Part shown: positions 20,220-29,770 of the stretch, in pieces
How positions within the stretch are numbered: position 1 is the stretch's first letter
How the letters are laid out: each line of letters opens with the position of its first letter
Source: a virus
Length of the DNA: 64,000 bases
Direction: 5' to 3' (one strand)
IMG/VR virus record: IMGVR_UViG_3300021067_000006
Location: 1-64,000 of that record
Translations under genes and position numbers: made by a program
Notes under the pieces: generated by a model
What the model saw: the letters and a program-made list of their open reading frames with translations, nothing else
The model's database searches: none
Told to the model about the DNA's origin: nothing

Positions 20220-20675
20220 TCATTCGAATCCCTTCACGAGCTTGGCGAGCGCATCGCCGGCAAACCCTTGCTCAGCGAGCAGCGCCCGGATCTTCTCGGC
20301 GAGCACGACGTCGGAACTGCCGGTAACCGCGACCGCGACACTGCGCAGCAGCGCGCGCTTCTCGCCGTTGATCCGCTGGCACTCGGCGATCAGCTGCCGC
20401 GATTCGCAGTCGTGCACCGCGTTCTCGTCGTGCACCGCGTGAACGACCGTGCGGTACCCGGGCCGATGCTCGACCTTCGCGACACGAAGCGCGTCGATGC
20501 AAGGCGGTTCGGCGTCGAGCTGATAGGACCGCACGAACGCGGAAAGCTCGACGCCTTCCAAGTTGACCGTGTCACCAACGCGCGGCAGCTCACCGTCGAT
20601 GTCGAGCAGGAAGCACCAGCTTTCGGCAACGTCACCGCCGAGCTCGCGCGGCCATCGCAGCGTGTACTTCGCCAT
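20220..20675 (-). CDS. hypothetical protein
   Basis: CATCAT-N8-ATG start 'MAKYTLRW'. Confidence 0.5.
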   Translation of the reverse strand: MAKYTLRWPRELGGDVAESWCFLLDIDGELPRVGDTVNLEGVELSAFVRSYQLDAEPPCIDALRVAKVEHRPGYRTVVHAVHDENAVHDCESRQLIAECQRINGEKRALLRSVAVAVTGSSDVVLAEKIRALLAEQGFAGDALAKLVKGFE

Positions 20676-20703
20676 CGCCGACGATGATGCCGGCGCTGCT
20701 CGC

Positions 20704-21009
20704 TCAGGCCTTGTCGTCCATGTGCGGCTTGACGACCGTCGTGCTCGCGGGCGGCGCCGTCGGCGGAAGCGGCAGCGACGGGTCGCGCGACGTCGCCGGC
20801 AGCCGCTTGCGGAACAGCAGCGACAGCGCCTGCAGCAGCATCCAGGGGTCAAGCCCGAGCGCGCGCATCGCCTTGAGCAGTGCGGCGAGCCGCGGCTTGC
20901 TCTCCGCCCACGCGTCGATCTGGCTCTTGCGAGCGACGAGCAAGCTGATGACGCCGAGCGCGGCGTAACAGCCGACCGCGATGGCGAGCGTCTGCAGCTC
21001 TTCGTTCAC
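20704..21009 (-). CDS. small membrane protein (holin-like)
   Basis: N-terminal TM segment plus second hydrophobic helix. Confidence 0.4.
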   Translation of the reverse strand: MNEELQTLAIAVGCYAALGVISLLVARKSQIDAWAESKPRLAALLKAMRALGLDPWMLLQALSLLFRKRLPATSRDPSLPLPPTAPPASTTVVKPHMDDKA

Positions 21010-21560
21010 AGCCGGCCGAGCTCCGCGATCTCCCAGTTAGTGCCGTCGAACTCGGCTGTCACGAATCCGGGAACGCTCACCGGCAGCGTGACGAGAGTGC
21101 CCGCCGCCGGCCCGCCGTTGATGAATGCGTACGTGAACGCGCCCGCGTCGAGCCGCGTGACCGTGATGCGCGCGCCGCGCTTCGGCGCGGGCGTCCCCGC
21201 GACGCCGAACGTGAGCGCGCGGTTCGCCGACAGCGTCGCCGCAGGCAGCACGCGTCGCCGGCCTTCCGCCCACTGAATCGTCGCGTCAGCGTTCGTCAGG
21301 TTCGCGCCCTTCTGCGTCTGATCGGCCGCGCCCGCGAGCGCCGCGAGCATCAGCAACGGGCCCGCGCGGTCGTCGCCGTTGCGCCGGCGCGCCTGCGCTT
21401 CAGCCGCAGCATCAGCGACGAAACCGTTGTTTTCGTGCACGAGCACGCCGCCAGCGCCGCGGATGTCCGCGACGTTCTCGACGGCATCGTCGATGAGCGA
21501 CCCCGCATAGAGCCTGCTCGTTCCGACTGCCACGTTGTTGACCAGGTAGAAGCGTGCCAT
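21006..21560 (-). CDS. putative virion structural protein
   Basis: A/G/T-rich; C-term 'AEFDGTNW' typical of fibre/decoration modules. Confidence 0.45.
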   Translation of the reverse strand: MARFYLVNNVAVGTSRLYAGSLIDDAVENVADIRGAGGVLVHENNGFVADAAAEAQARRRNGDDRAGPLLMLAALAGAADQTQKGANLTNADATIQWAEGRRRVLPAATLSANRALTFGVAGTPAPKRGARITVTRLDAGAFTYAFINGGPAAGTLVTLPVSVPGFVTAEFDGTNWEIAELGRL

Positions 21561-21606
21561 CTCGGCCCCAGCCTGGCACGGGGAGACCGGCCGGCGCCAG
21601 CCCCCC

Positions 21607-22170
21607 TCACCGCCCGGGCTTGCGCTTCGCCGCCTTGGCGCTCGGCTTGGCTTTCGCCTTGACCTTCCCTCGGCGCTCGAGCGCCATGTCGCGCTTCGTT
21701 TTCCGCAGCACCACAGGTCGCGCAGGCCGCGGTTTGGAATCGCGCGGTTCCATACCGAGGCTCCGCTCGAGCGCCGGCTCGAGCTCGTCGTCGGGCGTCG
21801 GCCGAGCCCGCCCCGTCTGCAGCCTGAGCATCACGCTCCACACGTCGTGCAGCGAGTCGAGATAGCTGTCGTCGAGCGGAGAACCGTTCCGCTCGACGGC
21901 GACCGCGCCCTTGAAGTTGGGGTAGTCGATGCCGAGCACAAGCCTGTACAGCGTCAGCGCGACCGTGCGCGACTTCAGCTCGATGCGAAAGCGATAGTCG
22001 GCGCCCGGCGTCTCAGCGATCACGAGCGCATCGAACATCGTCGAATGAGCCTTCGCACGATGCAGCAGCCGCTCGAGATGCAGCCGCACGCGCGAACGAA
22101 CGATCAGCGTCTCGGGTTTGTCGCGATGCGCAACGACGGAGAAGAAACCGAACGTCGTAAAGAACCACAT
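21607..22170 (-). CDS. conserved-looking hypothetical protein
   Basis: 'MWFFTTFGFFSVV..VRSR..TPGADYRFR..IDYPNFK' pattern; basic tail. Confidence 0.65.
   Translation of the reverse strand: MWFFTTFGFFSVVAHRDKPETLIVRSRVRLHLERLLHRAKAHSTMFDALVIAETPGADYRFRIELKSRTVALTLYRLVLGIDYPNFKGAVAVERNGSPLDDSYLDSLHDVWSVMLRLQTGRARPTPDDELEPALERSLGMEPRDSKPRPARPVVLRKTKRDMALERRGKVKAKAKPSAKAAKRKPGR
21733..21754. repeat. 22-bp palindrome copy 2
   Basis: TTTGGAATCGCGCGGTTCCATA; encodes MEPRDSK. Confidence 0.8.
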
Positions 22171-22174
22171 GGCC

Positions 22175-22966
22175 TCATGATGCGTCGAGCTGCATCCCGC
22201 GCTCGATCGCCCTGAGCGCGCCCTGCCGCCACTCGAGCGCGTACTCGACGCAATTCGCGCAGGTCTTGTGTGTGTGCCCGGGAAGCGGCGGGTTCCTCAG
22301 CGCGTTCTGCGACCACGCGAGCGAGTCGGCCGACGCGATGAAACGCGCCGTCGTCTCGAGCCCGCGCAGCTTGAAGCCGAACGCATGGATCCGAACTCCG
22401 CTCGACGCGAGCCCCGCGATAGCGCCGCCCACGCTGCCCATTCCCTGCCGCCTGCAGACGCTACCGATGCCGACGAGCGGCACGCGGTCGAGCTCAACGC
22501 CGGCGCGCGCGTAGTCATCGGCGTGGTGCCAGTAGTCGCCGAGCGAGTAGCCCTGCACGACCGGAATCCACGGCAGCTCGGGCGCGAGCGAGCAGAGCTC
22601 AAGGTAGTTCTCGATCGTGCGGCGCTGATGCTCGGCGACGCTCAGCCCGGTGCCCGCGAACCGTTGCCGCCCGACCGTGCCGCCGCCGATGATCGCCGGC
22701 TCGCACATCCAGTCCTGCGGCGCGGCGAACGCGAGCATCCCAATCTCGTCGCGGTACCGCCGCACCTCGGCCGCGTACTCCGCCGGCGTGAGCGTCCAGC
22801 GCCCGTGTAGCTGCAGCTCGGTGAAGCCGCCCGAGTCGAGCGCCCACGGCGCGCTCGCGCGTGGCAACGACCGGCGCTTCGCGAGCGAACGGCGCGAGAC
22901 GAACAGCGGAACGTCGACGCGGCCGAGCCAGTGCGGGTGATGCGTGCCGAGGTAGAAGCAGGTCAC
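22175..22966 (-). CDS. TGT/DpdA-like transglycosylase-fold protein
   Basis: 'ALDSGGF','PQDWMCEP','IPVVQG','GIGSVC','IHAFG','SADSLAW' and C-terminal 'CANC'. Confidence 0.75.
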   Translation of the reverse strand: MTCFYLGTHHPHWLGRVDVPLFVSRRSLAKRRSLPRASAPWALDSGGFTELQLHGRWTLTPAEYAAEVRRYRDEIGMLAFAAPQDWMCEPAIIGGGTVGRQRFAGTGLSVAEHQRRTIENYLELCSLAPELPWIPVVQGYSLGDYWHHADDYARAGVELDRVPLVGIGSVCRRQGMGSVGGAIAGLASSGVRIHAFGFKLRGLETTARFIASADSLAWSQNALRNPPLPGHTHKTCANCVEYALEWRQGALRAIERGMQLDAS

Positions 22967-23361
22967 GAGCGCGTCGGCTCGTCACCGTACAGCTCGGGCG
23001 CGATCTTCTGGCACTCGGCCTGAATCGCCGCCTCGAACTCCATGTGCACGTCTTCGTCGAGCGCCTCGGCCAGCGCAATGAGCTGCTCGCGCGTCAGCTT
23101 CGATGCGATGATGCGCGCGAACTCGACGTACGGATCGACGCCGCACTCGAACACCGCTGCGATCGAATCATTCGGCGCAGCGCTCTCGCTCGGCGCGTCG
23201 GACGCGACGCCCGCGAGAATGCATCCTCTCTCGTGCACGGCCGTGAGCTCTCGGCCGCCGTTGCACTTCATCTCGCAGAACGGACAAAGCCCATCACCGG
23301 CCAGGGCGAGCGCGCGCTCGAGTACCTGTTCGGCGATGGGCTTCTGTGCGGGGGTCGTCAT
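22963..23361 (-). CDS. hypothetical protein with CxxC..H..C
   Basis: CATCAT-N7-ATG start. Confidence 0.5.
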   Translation of the reverse strand: MTTPAQKPIAEQVLERALALAGDGLCPFCEMKCNGGRELTAVHERGCILAGVASDAPSESAAPNDSIAAVFECGVDPYVEFARIIASKLTREQLIALAEALDEDVHMEFEAAIQAECQKIAPELYGDEPTRS

Positions 23362-23382
23362 GCCCCCCATGATGCTGGCCGC

Positions 23383-24273
23383 TCAGCGCGTCGGCGTCGC
23401 GCCCGCCTTGCAACCGACGTAGCCCTCGGCGCGCTGCACAGGAACTAGCGCGCCGTTCTGCCCGGCCTGCGTCACGCAGCACTTTCCGAGCAGCGTGCCC
23501 GACGGATCCCACACGCGGTCGAGCTCGTACGTTTGGCAGCCGCCCGTCGTCGTGGTCGGCGGCGCGTTGTCGCCGTCGATGGGGTCGATTGCAGCACGAC
23601 GCCCGCGCACGTCGAACGCAAGGTACGGATTCTCCGTGCCGCCGTACGCGAGCATCCGGTTCCGGATGAGCTCGGGCTTCGCGAGGCGACCGCCGCCCGG
23701 CGCCGCCGTCTTGAACACGAACCGAACGCCGCACTGGTCTTTCGCCTTCGGGCGCGGCCTCTCACTCGACAGCTCGTGGTCGGGCCCGAGCTCGGCCGGG
23801 TGAGTCTTCGCGAGGTACTGCTCGAACGCCTTCTGCCGCGTAACGCCCGACACCAGCGCGGCGCGGAAGCGAACCGGGTCGAACGTCGCCACGTCGATCG
23901 TCTGCGAAGCGTCGGGGTGCTGCAGGCCGAGCAACGCCGTCAGCTGCGGGCAGCCCGCCGGGCGGCAAGCGCCCTTCGCCGACTCCGACAGCACCACGAC
24001 CTCGTACGTCGTACCGGCCGCGCCCGGCGCAGCGACCGTCAAGTCGCGTGCCGGATCCCAGCGCCGCAGCTCACGCGCAGAAGCGAGCGCCACGCCGGCG
24101 AGCGTCGGGTTGACGCCGGTGTCGCTGAAGCAAAGCCGCGGCCCCGGCTCGCAGTCGGCGAGCGCGTCCGTGGTGGTGCCGGCGTCGGTCGGCGGGGGCG
24201 GCTCCGGGTCGCGCGAAGCGCAGGCGAACGGGATGACGAGAACGAGCAGGGAAAACAGAATCTTCTGCAACAT
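23383..24273 (-). CDS. secreted Cys-rich putative lipoprotein
   Basis: 'MLQKILFSLLVLVIPFAC' signal; about 10 Cys; TACGCT-N7-ATG. Confidence 0.6.
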   Translation of the reverse strand: MLQKILFSLLVLVIPFACASRDPEPPPPTDAGTTTDALADCEPGPRLCFSDTGVNPTLAGVALASARELRRWDPARDLTVAAPGAAGTTYEVVVLSESAKGACRPAGCPQLTALLGLQHPDASQTIDVATFDPVRFRAALVSGVTRQKAFEQYLAKTHPAELGPDHELSSERPRPKAKDQCGVRFVFKTAAPGGGRLAKPELIRNRMLAYGGTENPYLAFDVRGRRAAIDPIDGDNAPPTTTTGGCQTYELDRVWDPSGTLLGKCCVTQAGQNGALVPVQRAEGYVGCKAGATPTR

Positions 24274-24310
24274 CGCGCGCAGCGTATCACGGCGCGCGCG
24301 CCGCGCTTGC

Positions 24311-25219
24311 TCACTCCTGCGGCGGCTTCTCGTACTTCGACCACGGAATACCAGGTGGGATACCCGCGGCATCCTCGACGCGGCGCACGCGCGTGTCGAG
24401 GTCGCGCAGCTCTTTGCGTGTGTCCGGGAAGCGTGCTTCGGCTGCATCGAACACGGCTTTCATCTGCTGCGCCTGCCGCTCGTACGCGTTCGGTTCGTGC
24501 CTGCCTTGCCAGTGCCGCGAGTCGCGCACCTCGTCCGGCGTCGGCGCGGTACGGGTCCGGCGCCGCTCGAGCGCATCGCGATGCTGCAGGCGTTCGGCTC
24601 GCATCCGCGTCGCAGTCTCACCACCGACGCCCTCGACCGGCGCCGGTTCGAACGGCAGCTCGGGCAGCAGGGGAACGAGCGCATCGTACGCTCGTTTCGC
24701 GGCGCTGCCGTCGCAACGGTCACGCCGCTGCTCAAGTAAAACCCCACCGATCGCGAGCAACACGACCTCGCCGTGCTCGCGCATGAACGAGGTTAGCGAC
24801 TCGAGCTGCTTGCGAAGCTTCGCGACCTCGCCCTCGAGCCGCGCCTGTTCGTCGAGCGCGCCCTTGACGAGCGCGCTCTCGTCCTCGCTCGCGCGCTGCC
24901 AACCTTCCTCGATGAGCGACGCCTCGACCGCCGCGACACGCGCACGCATCTCCGATCCGAGAAGCTTCCACGGCGACAGCACCGAGCTCTCGAACAGAGA
25001 CTCGAGCGCCGACCAGAGCCGCTGCCCGGTTAACGCTTCTGATCTCGAGGTCTTCTCGCGATCGTACGCGACGTTGATGGCGTCGAGCTTCGCGCGGATC
25101 TTCGCAGCTAATTCCACGCCGAGGTACGGAGCCGGCGCGATTTCGACGCTGTATTCGCGCACGAGCTCGATCGCCAACATGTCGGCCGTCTTCGCACGCT
25201 TCGGTGTGTCGTCGTTCAT
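24311..25219 (-). CDS. coiled-coil hypothetical protein
   Basis: ATGA-coupled ORF. Confidence 0.55.
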   Translation of the reverse strand: MNDDTPKRAKTADMLAIELVREYSVEIAPAPYLGVELAAKIRAKLDAINVAYDREKTSRSEALTGQRLWSALESLFESSVLSPWKLLGSEMRARVAAVEASLIEEGWQRASEDESALVKGALDEQARLEGEVAKLRKQLESLTSFMREHGEVVLLAIGGVLLEQRRDRCDGSAAKRAYDALVPLLPELPFEPAPVEGVGGETATRMRAERLQHRDALERRRTRTAPTPDEVRDSRHWQGRHEPNAYERQAQQMKAVFDAAEARFPDTRKELRDLDTRVRRVEDAAGIPPGIPWSKYEKPPQE

Positions 25220-26028
25220 GTCGCTTCCGTCTTCTGCGGCCGGCACGTTGGACATGGCATTGAGCCGCGCTCGGGATTGTGCCGGCGCGCGAACGTTTCG
25301 TTGATCAAGTAGCCGCGCCCTCTGCACATAACGCACGGCTCGGAAGCCGCAGCGCTGCGAGCCGCGGCGAGCGTCGGGTGATTGCTGTCGAGATGTCGCA
25401 CGCACGGCGCTCCTGCCGCGCACGTGGCGCAGCCAGGGTCGGGGTGCGGCGGCACCGGCTTCGTTTCGAGCACGGCGCTCAGACGCTTCATCGCGTTGGC
25501 GTAACGCACGAGCGGCATCTCAGGATCTGCCGACGACTTCCCTGCAGCTTCCTGTACACACGCATCGACGGCGTCCAAGAACGCGCGCGTAGCGCTCTCG
25601 AGCTCACCAACGCGCGCACGCGTTTTCGTACCGCGTCGGTTCAGCACGTCGACGCACCGATCGAGACTCAGGTCGGCGACGAGCTCGGAGCCGAGCGCGA
25701 GCACAAGCGACGTGCGCACCGCCTTCAGCTCTTGCTCGAGCCTCTTTGCTTTCGTCCAAACCTTCGCGGCCAGTCCACTCGAACGCTCGGCGAGGAAGGC
25801 CTCGAGCTCACCCGCCATCCAGTAATCGAGCGAGCCTTCGATCTCCGCCACGCGCCGACGCGCCTTCGCCATCTCCAGCACAGCCGCGTGCCGTTCGCGC
25901 TTCTCCTCGTCGCGCTCTCGCTTCACTGCCTCGAGCTCGGCGCGCAGCGCGGCGGTAGCCTCGACCTCAGCGCGCAGCTCGGCCGTCGCTTCGGCCACGA
26001 CCTCGCCCACGATGGTGATACCGCTCAT
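25216..26028 (-). CDS. coiled-coil protein with C-terminal CxxCxGxG zinc motifs
   Basis: 'CVMCRGRG...CPTC'. Confidence 0.55.
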   Translation of the reverse strand: MSGITIVGEVVAEATAELRAEVEATAALRAELEAVKRERDEEKRERHAAVLEMAKARRRVAEIEGSLDYWMAGELEAFLAERSSGLAAKVWTKAKRLEQELKAVRTSLVLALGSELVADLSLDRCVDVLNRRGTKTRARVGELESATRAFLDAVDACVQEAAGKSSADPEMPLVRYANAMKRLSAVLETKPVPPHPDPGCATCAAGAPCVRHLDSNHPTLAAARSAAASEPCVMCRGRGYLINETFARRHNPERGSMPCPTCRPQKTEAT

Positions 26029-26186
26029 GGCTTCTGCGCTCCCTTCGGCGGGGTGGCGAGATTGGTGAAGTCGAGCCGAGCGAGTAGCGTCGCGCATCTC
26101 CCCATGACGGCAGAGAGCGCGAGGAGCGTGTTCCTGAGCGCGCCGCGTCGTGCTCGCTTCTTCTGCTGCCTCCTCGCGCGACTCAC
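26025..26186 (-). CDS. small Arg-rich protein
   Basis: coupled overlaps on both sides; 'SRARRQQKKRARR'. Confidence 0.45.
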   Translation of the reverse strand: MSRARRQQKKRARRGALRNTLLALSAVMGRCATLLARLDFTNLATPPKGAQKP

Positions 26187-27634
26187 TCCTCCGCTCCCTT
26201 CCCCGGCTCGTCTCCGGCGGCGTCGGGAGGTGCCCAGGCGGTGACGCTCTGGTTCTCTTCTGGCATCCGCTCCGAGCACGGGATCCACTCCCGCGCCGTG
26301 CTCGCCGTCGCTCGGCCCGATGCGGCTCGATCGAGCTCAGCACGCTGCTCGTTGATGATTCGCACCGCATCCCAATAGAGCCGATTCAGTTCTACCCACG
26401 ACGGCGCACCGCTGACCTCGGCCGGCGGTTGGAAGGCTCGATCTGCTGCGCGCGTCGTTTTCCCGCGCAACACGCGCAGCTCGCCGAGAAGCCGCTCGAG
26501 CACGAACACCGCTGCTTGCATGCTCTCGTCGCTCACACGCTGACACGCAGGCTCGCGCTGCATGCGGCGCCGGTACTCTTCTAGAGCGTCAACAGCGCCG
26601 TGCACTCGGCCCAGTTCTACGGCTGACATCACCTCGTCGTTAGACGGCTCCGCAGCACACGACCCCTCGTGACCAGCTTCGCGCGTACAGCGCCAGCCCG
26701 GCGGCGGAACCGTGCACGTCGCAGAGTCGCCGCGCGTGACGACGATCGGGTCGGTGTCTGCAATCTTGGCGCACGGCCCTGTGTGACCAGCGACACGAAT
26801 GCAATGCCAGCCCGGCGGCGGAAACTTGCACGCCGCCTTGTCGCGCAGCACGGCGTTCTCGTTCTGCACGCGCTCAGCGAGCTGCCGAGCGCCATCGACG
26901 GTCGATTGCCAGAACTCGTCGCGCGCCTTCACCGCGGCGAGGATTCGCGCGTCCAACGCCTCGAGCGCGTCGCAGAGCACGTGCACGCTCTCGCCCGCGG
27001 CGCCGTCGTTCCTGAACTTTTCACGGCAGAACGCGATCGCGGCGCGCACCTTCTCGTCGGTGTGCGGCTTCGCTCTGCTACCGCACCCGTACCACTTCTC
27101 GCGCGCCACCGTCGCGCGGTCGAACGCGGCCATGCACTCGAATAGGAATTCGCCGAGCACGAAGTCCGGCGTGTTGCTGTGCCGCTCGGCGCCGTTCCGG
27201 TTCACGACCTGAGCGAGCTCGCGCATGAACTGCTCGTCGCGCTCGAGCTGCGCATCAGCCGCCGCGTGCAGCCCGGCGAGGTCGCGCTCGACACCGAACA
27301 GCGGCTCGACAGGCTCGACCATCGGCTGCGCTTCCGGCTGCACCGGAGACTCCGCGCACAACCGCAGCGCCTCGCTCAATTCGTCAGCCATTTCTTCGAA
27401 GAATACTTGCGGGTTCGTGTACCCGTCCTCGCGCAATCCGCGAATCCTCTCTCGCCATGCCTCGTGTAACTTGTTGAGCGGCGCCAGCTTCGTCGACTCG
27501 CGTCGCTCGTCGAACCTGCCGAGGTCGTACACCGCGCGCCGCCCGAGGTTGTCGAGATCATCTCGCCCCGACTGGTCGCGCAGGAAGCCGTTAGCGAATT
27601 CGCGTTTGAGGTCTTCGTCGGTTCGATTCGTCAT
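26183..27634 (-). CDS. mosaic hypothetical protein with two C-xx-PPPGW-x-C-xxxx-GH-x-G-x-C repeats and a DUF551-like C-terminal motif
   Basis: repeats seen directly; 'EWIPCSERMPE'. Confidence 0.6.
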   Translation of the reverse strand: MTNRTDEDLKREFANGFLRDQSGRDDLDNLGRRAVYDLGRFDERRESTKLAPLNKLHEAWRERIRGLREDGYTNPQVFFEEMADELSEALRLCAESPVQPEAQPMVEPVEPLFGVERDLAGLHAAADAQLERDEQFMRELAQVVNRNGAERHSNTPDFVLGEFLFECMAAFDRATVAREKWYGCGSRAKPHTDEKVRAAIAFCREKFRNDGAAGESVHVLCDALEALDARILAAVKARDEFWQSTVDGARQLAERVQNENAVLRDKAACKFPPPGWHCIRVAGHTGPCAKIADTDPIVVTRGDSATCTVPPPGWRCTREAGHEGSCAAEPSNDEVMSAVELGRVHGAVDALEEYRRRMQREPACQRVSDESMQAAVFVLERLLGELRVLRGKTTRAADRAFQPPAEVSGAPSWVELNRLYWDAVRIINEQRAELDRAASGRATASTAREWIPCSERMPEENQSVTAWAPPDAAGDEPGKGAEE

Positions 27635-27778
27635 CGTCAATCCCCTTTCACGGCGCTCCGCGCAGCAGCAGCTCGCTCTCGACTTCATCCAGGTGCGCGA
27701 GGTACGCGACAAGTGATGCTGCCGCAACGCTCGCGGCAAGCGCGACAAGCACGAGCAGCACGCGGAAGCGAGGCTCGC

Positions 27779-28258
27779 TCACGACGCCTCGACGTAACAC
27801 TTCGGGCGGCAGAGCTCGCAGCGCGTGCCCGCACGCAGCCACTCGTCGGAACCCTTGCGATAGCCCCACGCTGCGCCGGCGCGATGCGCGAGCTCGTTGG
27901 CGCAGCGCTCACACGCGACCGCCGCGATGAGCTGCGCCTCGCGCAAGCCGTGGCGCGGCGCGCGTAGGTAACCGCGGCAGAGCGAGCGCAGCCGCTCACG
28001 CAGCGTCGGCCTCACGAGCGCGAGCACGAGGCCCGGGCTGTACGTGGCCGTGCCGCGCATCAGCAGGCGCGTCTCGCTTTGCTCGCCGTCGGGGTCAGCT
28101 ACGGCCGCGAGCTGATGCACCGTCTCGTGCATCGCGACCTCGCGCACGCGCATGAAACAGAAGCCGTGCGGCGGGTCAACGAGCGAACCACCCTGCGGCG
28201 GAACCCAGCGGCGCCCTTCGTGGTCTTCGTACCAGAGAGTCGGGGGATGGCTTTGCAT
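27779..28258 (-). CDS. Zn-binding hypothetical protein
   Basis: CERC..CELC; CATCAT-N7-ATG. Confidence 0.5.
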   Translation of the reverse strand: MQSHPPTLWYEDHEGRRWVPPQGGSLVDPPHGFCFMRVREVAMHETVHQLAAVADPDGEQSETRLLMRGTATYSPGLVLALVRPTLRERLRSLCRGYLRAPRHGLREAQLIAAVACERCANELAHRAGAAWGYRKGSDEWLRAGTRCELCRPKCYVEAS

Positions 28259-28272
28259 ACCCCCGATGATGC

Positions 28273-28539
28273 TCACCGAGGCAACGAGCCGCGCACGTAC
28301 ACCCGCTCCTGCGTCGCGACGCATGGTTGCTGCACGAGCCTGATCTCACCGAGCTCGACCATCCGATCAAGGCACGCGAGCATCAGGTACGAATCACCAG
28401 TCGACGTCATCAGCGCTTCGACCACACGCACAGCGCCAGCAACCGCGAGCAGCTCACGCACCCGATCGCGAATCTGAAGAAACATCACCTGCCCGTCATC
28501 GGTGAACAGGCGCGACTTCTCTTTGGCGTAGTCGTACAT
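28273..28539 (-). CDS. small hypothetical protein
   Basis: 'MYDYAKEKSRLFTDDGQVMFL'; CATCAT-N7-ATG. Confidence 0.6.
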   Translation of the reverse strand: MYDYAKEKSRLFTDDGQVMFLQIRDRVRELLAVAGAVRVVEALMTSTGDSYLMLACLDRMVELGEIRLVQQPCVATQERVYVRGSLPR

Positions 28540-28992
28540 GAGACCGATGATGCTCACCGCATCAGGGCATCGCGGCGCAGGCACGCGACGTCGTCGCCGT
28601 AGCCCGTGCTCGCAAGGTTCTGCACGGGCACGCCCTCGCGGCGGATGCACTCGAGCGCGCGCTCGAATCGCTGCTCGCGCTCACGGCTGCACGTCGACCC
28701 CATCAGCGCAGTCGACGTGCCGACGACCGAGCTGATGAGCAGGCAATGCCAAACCTTCACGGTCACGGCAGGCCCTTCTCGGCAGCCCACCATCCTTCAA
28801 CGACGAGCGTCCCCTCGGCGTGCTCGCCGGCGTCGAACACCTCGCTGTCGTCGTGCACCAGGCTCTTTGGGATCCACCGCTCGACGCGATCGAGCTCGTC
28901 GTCCGTCGGCTGCAGCTCAATCAACAACGCGCGGTCCGTCTCCCGCAGGCAGCGCGCGCGGCAGTGGTAGAGCTCGGCCTCGTCGTCGCGGC

Positions 28993-29514
28993 TCACAGCG
29001 ACCGCCACTTCTGCGAGAAGCGCCGTCGGAGCTCGGCGAGACTCTCGGCGCGCTCGCCCGGCCACGCCTCACGCGGCGTCGTCGCAGCGTCCACGCCCGC
29101 GGGCAGCTCGCCGAACACGCGCGAGAACAGCTCCTCGGCGAGGCCCGCAAGCGCCGCGGTCGGAGGCGCAACGAGCGAGCCGTCGAGCAGCGCGCAGAGC
29201 ACCTCGGCGTCGGTCGCCGGGCGCGTGTCCTCGCCGCGCTGCACGCGCTCGATGAGCTCGCAGCAGTGCGCCCGGTACGTGCTGAGCGCCTTGCCGAGCA
29301 GCGGCCGCGTCGGCTGCAAAAGCGCGAACGTCGCGCGCTGCTCTCCCGTCTCGGCGAGCACCGTCTCGGCCACGGCCATGCACTCGAACGTGAAGCGCAC
29401 GGCCTCGCAGGCGCTCGCGCCGAGATGGGCGAACAGCGCGTCGAGCACCACGCCACGCATGCCCCGGTCGGGGCGGGATATGCAATCGCGCGATTCCAAA
29501 GACCGGGTTGTCAC
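28993..29514 (-). CDS. hypothetical protein
   Basis: 'YRAHCCELIERV..DTRPATDAEVL'. Confidence 0.55.
   Translation of the reverse strand: MTTRSLESRDCISRPDRGMRGVVLDALFAHLGASACEAVRFTFECMAVAETVLAETGEQRATFALLQPTRPLLGKALSTYRAHCCELIERVQRGEDTRPATDAEVLCALLDGSLVAPPTAALAGLAEELFSRVFGELPAGVDAATTPREAWPGERAESLAELRRRFSQKWRSL
29479..29500. repeat. 22-bp palindrome copy 3
   Basis: TATGCAATCGCGCGATTCCAAA. Confidence 0.8.
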
Positions 29515-29770
29515 GGCGTCGTCCCTTCCTCATCGGCCACTTCACACGCGCGTAGAACGCTGGCTTTCCACTGCTCCATCGCGAACAGCAGCACGGGCAG
29601 GTCCTGCGAACCGCCCCGCTGCCAGTACGTTCGGCGGCCACCGTCGGCGAGCACAACCACCGAGTGAAACTTGCCGGCCTTCGCCTCGGCGAGCGCGCTC
29701 TCGAGCACGCTCACGACCTCAGCCACGATGGCCGGCGGTACCGCCGGCGCGAGCTGTATCGGCTTCTCGC

